A stretch of DNA of 52,716 nucleotides, the filler included, from Candidatus Limnocylindrales bacterium (GTDB lineage Bacteria > Moduliflexota > Moduliflexia > Moduliflexales > JAUQPW01), in NCBI GenBank assembly GCA_035559535.1. It is 2 parts of 2 records of this genome, joined end to end, with 100 filler letters (N's around TTAATTAATTAA, not from the genome) between each part and the next. Parts side by side here need not be neighbours in the genome. Positions count along the whole stretch, not along the records: positions 20,754 to 52,716 come from DATMBG010000041.1; 1 more part is not named here. One strand, 5' to 3'. The notes below the pieces were generated by a model. That model did no database searches. It was not told where the DNA came from and saw only the letters and a list, made by a program, of their open reading frames with translations. Positions within the stretch are counted from its first letter, which is position 1; each line of letters opens with the position of its first letter. Positions 50,413 through 52,716 of this stretch are shown here, piece after piece. Position numbers and translations under genes: made by a program.

Positions 50413-51246
50413 ATGGGAATCCTCGATTTGTTTTGGTTTTTCCTTGTAGCTTCTACCATAACCCCTTTTCTTAAACAGAAAATCCTGGAGATGAATCGGA
50501 TGAGAGTTCTCCAGAAGCTGGAAAAGAAGCGAGGCTCACGGGTTATTATTTTGATTCATAGACAAGAAACCATGAGCTTTTTGGGATTCCCATTGATGCG
50601 ATATATCGATATTAATGATTCTGAGGAGGTTCTACGAGCGATCCGATTGACTCCAGATGACATGCCCATCGACCTGGTTCTCCATACACCGGGGGGTCTG
50701 GTCCTGGCTGCTGAGCAAATTGCCCATGCCCTCTGTCGCCATAAGGGGAAAGTAACTGTCATGATCCCCCATTACGCCATGTCTGGTGGAACCCTGATTG
50801 CGTTGGCAGCAGATGAAATTCTCATGGATGAGAACGCTGTGCTAGGACCGTCAGATCCTCAATTGGGTGAGTACCCGGCTGCATCACTTTTGAAAGTGAT
50901 AGAGCAAAAACCTGTTACCGAAATAGAGGATAAGACCCTCATCCTGGCAGATGTTGCCAAAAAGGCTATGGCACAGATCCGACAAACAGTTAAAGAGATT
51001 CTGATAGGCAATCAGATGGAGGAAAAGAAAGCTGAGAATCTGGCTACTCTTTTAACAGAAGGACGATGGACCCACGATTATCCGATCAGTTTTAAGGAAG
51101 CACAAGAGTTAGGATTACCTGTAAGAGCCGATTTACCTAACGAAATTTTCAGGCTTATGAGCCTATACCCCCAATCAGGTCAAGGACGACCCTCTGGGGA
51201 GTATATTCCAATTCCCTACCAATCACAAAAAAATAAAAAGAGTTGA
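50413..51246 (+). CDS. SDH-family ClpP-fold serine protease (DUF114-like)
   Basis: IHRQETM, LHTPGG, AMSGGTLIALAA, LGPSDPQ, WTHDYPI. Confidence 0.9.
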   Translation: MGILDLFWFFLVASTITPFLKQKILEMNRMRVLQKLEKKRGSRVIILIHRQETMSFLGFPLMRYIDINDSEEVLRAIRLTPDDMPIDLVLHTPGGLVLAAEQIAHALCRHKGKVTVMIPHYAMSGGTLIALAADEILMDENAVLGPSDPQLGEYPAASLLKVIEQKPVTEIEDKTLILADVAKKAMAQIRQTVKEILIGNQMEEKKAENLATLLTEGRWTHDYPISFKEAQELGLPVRADLPNEIFRLMSLYPQSGQGRPSGEYIPIPYQSQKNKKS

Positions 51247-51301
51247 TGCATCAGGATTAACCCTGTTAATTTTACCTGTTTCGTCACTTCATCATAAGAA
51301 T

Positions 51302-51481
51302 TTATAAAGATTTGTTTTTTTCTATTACATGAATTATATTAACACCGCCACTCTTATCCAGTTCGTAATACCCTGCTCTGATTCTTTCCTGGGCAATACG
51401 TTTAGCCTCATCTGCACTTTCAGCTTTTATAATAAGATAGCCGTGTCGTACTTCTTCGAGTTGTATAAGGTATTCTTTCAT
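51302..51481 (-). CDS. Small 59-aa protein (below the ORF-track cutoff), weakly DpnD/PcfM-like
   Basis: Manual translation MKEYLIQLEEVRHGYLIIKAESADEAKRIAQERIRAGYYELDKSGGVNIIHVIEKNKSL, with SD AAGGGAGG upstream. Confidence 0.55.
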   Translation of the reverse strand: MKEYLIQLEEVRHGYLIIKAESADEAKRIAQERIRAGYYELDKSGGVNIIHVIEKNKSL

Positions 51482-51834
51482 TTCATGTCCCCTCCCTTTA
51501 GATTCGGCTCATAAGCCGATAATAGTTTCTTAATTGGTACTTTGTAAAGTTAGATCTGAATAACCGTTCTATCCTCACCCCCCCAACCCCCTCTCCCACA
51601 AGGGGAAAGGGGAGTGAAAGTAGCTCTATAAAGTCAAAATTAAGATTAAGTAAACAGTATACCAGGTTTTGAATGATTTAAGGGTTTAAGTTAAGATCTA
51701 GAAGATCAAATCCAGGGATCTATCACTGGGGGGTTAACTGGAAAATAGCCCACAGAATTCTCCTCCAGAAAACATAGGGATTGAGTAAGTCCCCAGGGTT
51801 TCTACGATAGTACTTCTGATACTTCTGATTCCGA

Positions 51835-52544
51835 TCATTTAGCAACCTTTCCTTCACGATCCTCAAGCGGAACGACCAGGGATAGTTTACGCGGTTCGGT
51901 TATCACTTTTGTACCCATCTCCGCACAAAGGGTCGTTATTCGTTGGGCAAACCAGTCATATTCTTCTCCTTCTGCCAGGTTTACCTGTTCATTGCTGATC
52001 TGGACAGGTATCAGCTCAAGATTCTCGATATGAGGGGGTCTAGCCCTCACTAAGAATAAGGCCGACAGATCATTACGCTCCTCTGGATCAACGGCATAAT
52101 CATCTATGAAATCCCCTGTATCATATAAGATTGGTTTCCCTTGGTAGAACTCGATACCTTGAACCAGGTGGGCACTATGACCCCAGAAGAGGTCAGCTCC
52201 TGCAGTTATTACCTTGTGGGCAAAGTCCCGGAAGGCTTTCGTAGGTCGGGAACGCATATTAGGTCCCCAATGGATAGAGAATAAAACTAAATCCGCTTGC
52301 TGACGTACTACCTCCAAAGCATGTTCTACTTTAGCAAAATCTTCTGGAGCAGTGGATATGGGTGTGTAATTGATACCCGGTGATGTTGCCGTGGCTGCCC
52401 AGGCAAGAGGATAGTCCGCAAAGGCTACAATGCCAATCCGCACCCCTTTTGCAGTCAGGAAAGCAGGAGCTTGGGCTGCAGAAAGGTTGCTGCCAGCACC
52501 GGCATGGGCAATGCCGGAACGATCGAGGACTTGCAATGTCTCTA
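51835..52544 (-). pseudogene. CapA-family metallophosphoesterase, 3' part, interrupted by IS630
   Basis: GIAHAGAG, SIHWG, GHSAH, YDTGDF are present, but the N-terminal GD/NLE/ANNH motifs are absent. The ORF is cut at the TA next to the IS TIR. Confidence 0.85.
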
Positions 52545-52716
52545 CTGATCTTTGCATAAATATCTAATAAAATCTAAGCTGTTTAATACAACCTTGGATC
52601 ACATGAATTTTATGTCGTAAACGTTCCTTAGCCTTACGAAGTTCATACCGTAACTGACAAAGATGTTGACAACTCAAATTCTTCAACTCAACCCGTTTCA
52701 AGTAGTTCCAGATCCC
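52543..52716 (-). mobile_element. IS630-family element, right end (TA + TIR 52545-52561), truncated by window edge
   Basis: TIR identical to 122-138; transposase C-terminus lies inside. Confidence 0.85.
52564..52716 (-). CDS. IS630 DDE transposase C-terminus (partial)
   Basis: Manual translation GIWNYLKRVELKNLSCQHLCQLRYELRKAKERLRHKIHVIQGCIKQLRFY*; this is the segment that follows the NPxE motif. Confidence 0.8.
   Translation of the reverse strand, partial: GIWNYLKRVELKNLSCQHLCQLRYELRKAKERLRHKIHVIQGCIKQLRFY

Overview
Bacterial DNA from a diderm organism (outer-membrane barrel protein, RND adaptors, many c-type cytochromes, sigma54 promoters; Desulfobacterota-like Zur box). It consists of two contigs joined by an artificial N-TTAATTAATTAA-N spacer at 20654-20753. 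Each contig ends at one side in an IS630 end (1-140 and 52543-52716) and at the other in a near-identical RND adaptor paralogue. Contig 1 carries a ParB-like gene, a spore-photoproduct-lyase-like radical SAM gene, an MCP, a zinc/metal-uptake locus, ada, a di-heme peroxidase-family cytochrome and an ECF sigma/anti-sigma/periplasmic-sensor module. The metal locus comprises an ATPase-less OM protein/SBP/permease set, with each arm preceded by a paralogous His/Cys-containing RAPP leader peptide, plus zur-znuACB. Contig 2 is an anoxia/dormancy-type island: BON, AhpD-like, HPF-CSD, pncB, ABC exporter, hemerythrin, USP, Ca/Na antiporter, nrfHA with a CxxCH active site, group 3b NiFe hydrogenase, class II RNR, CoA-disulfide reductase-rhodanese, dnaK-dnaJ, THUMP, SDH protease and an IS-broken capA. 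It has at least six sigma54 promoters and a shared 17-bp enhancer-like motif. The strongest candidates for undescribed biology are the twin RAPP arrest-peptide leaders on the metal importer and the sigma54-wired, DosR-regulon-like gene island. Nested MITE/REP repeats and several gene remnants are also present. All family calls come from motif recognition; no database search was run.
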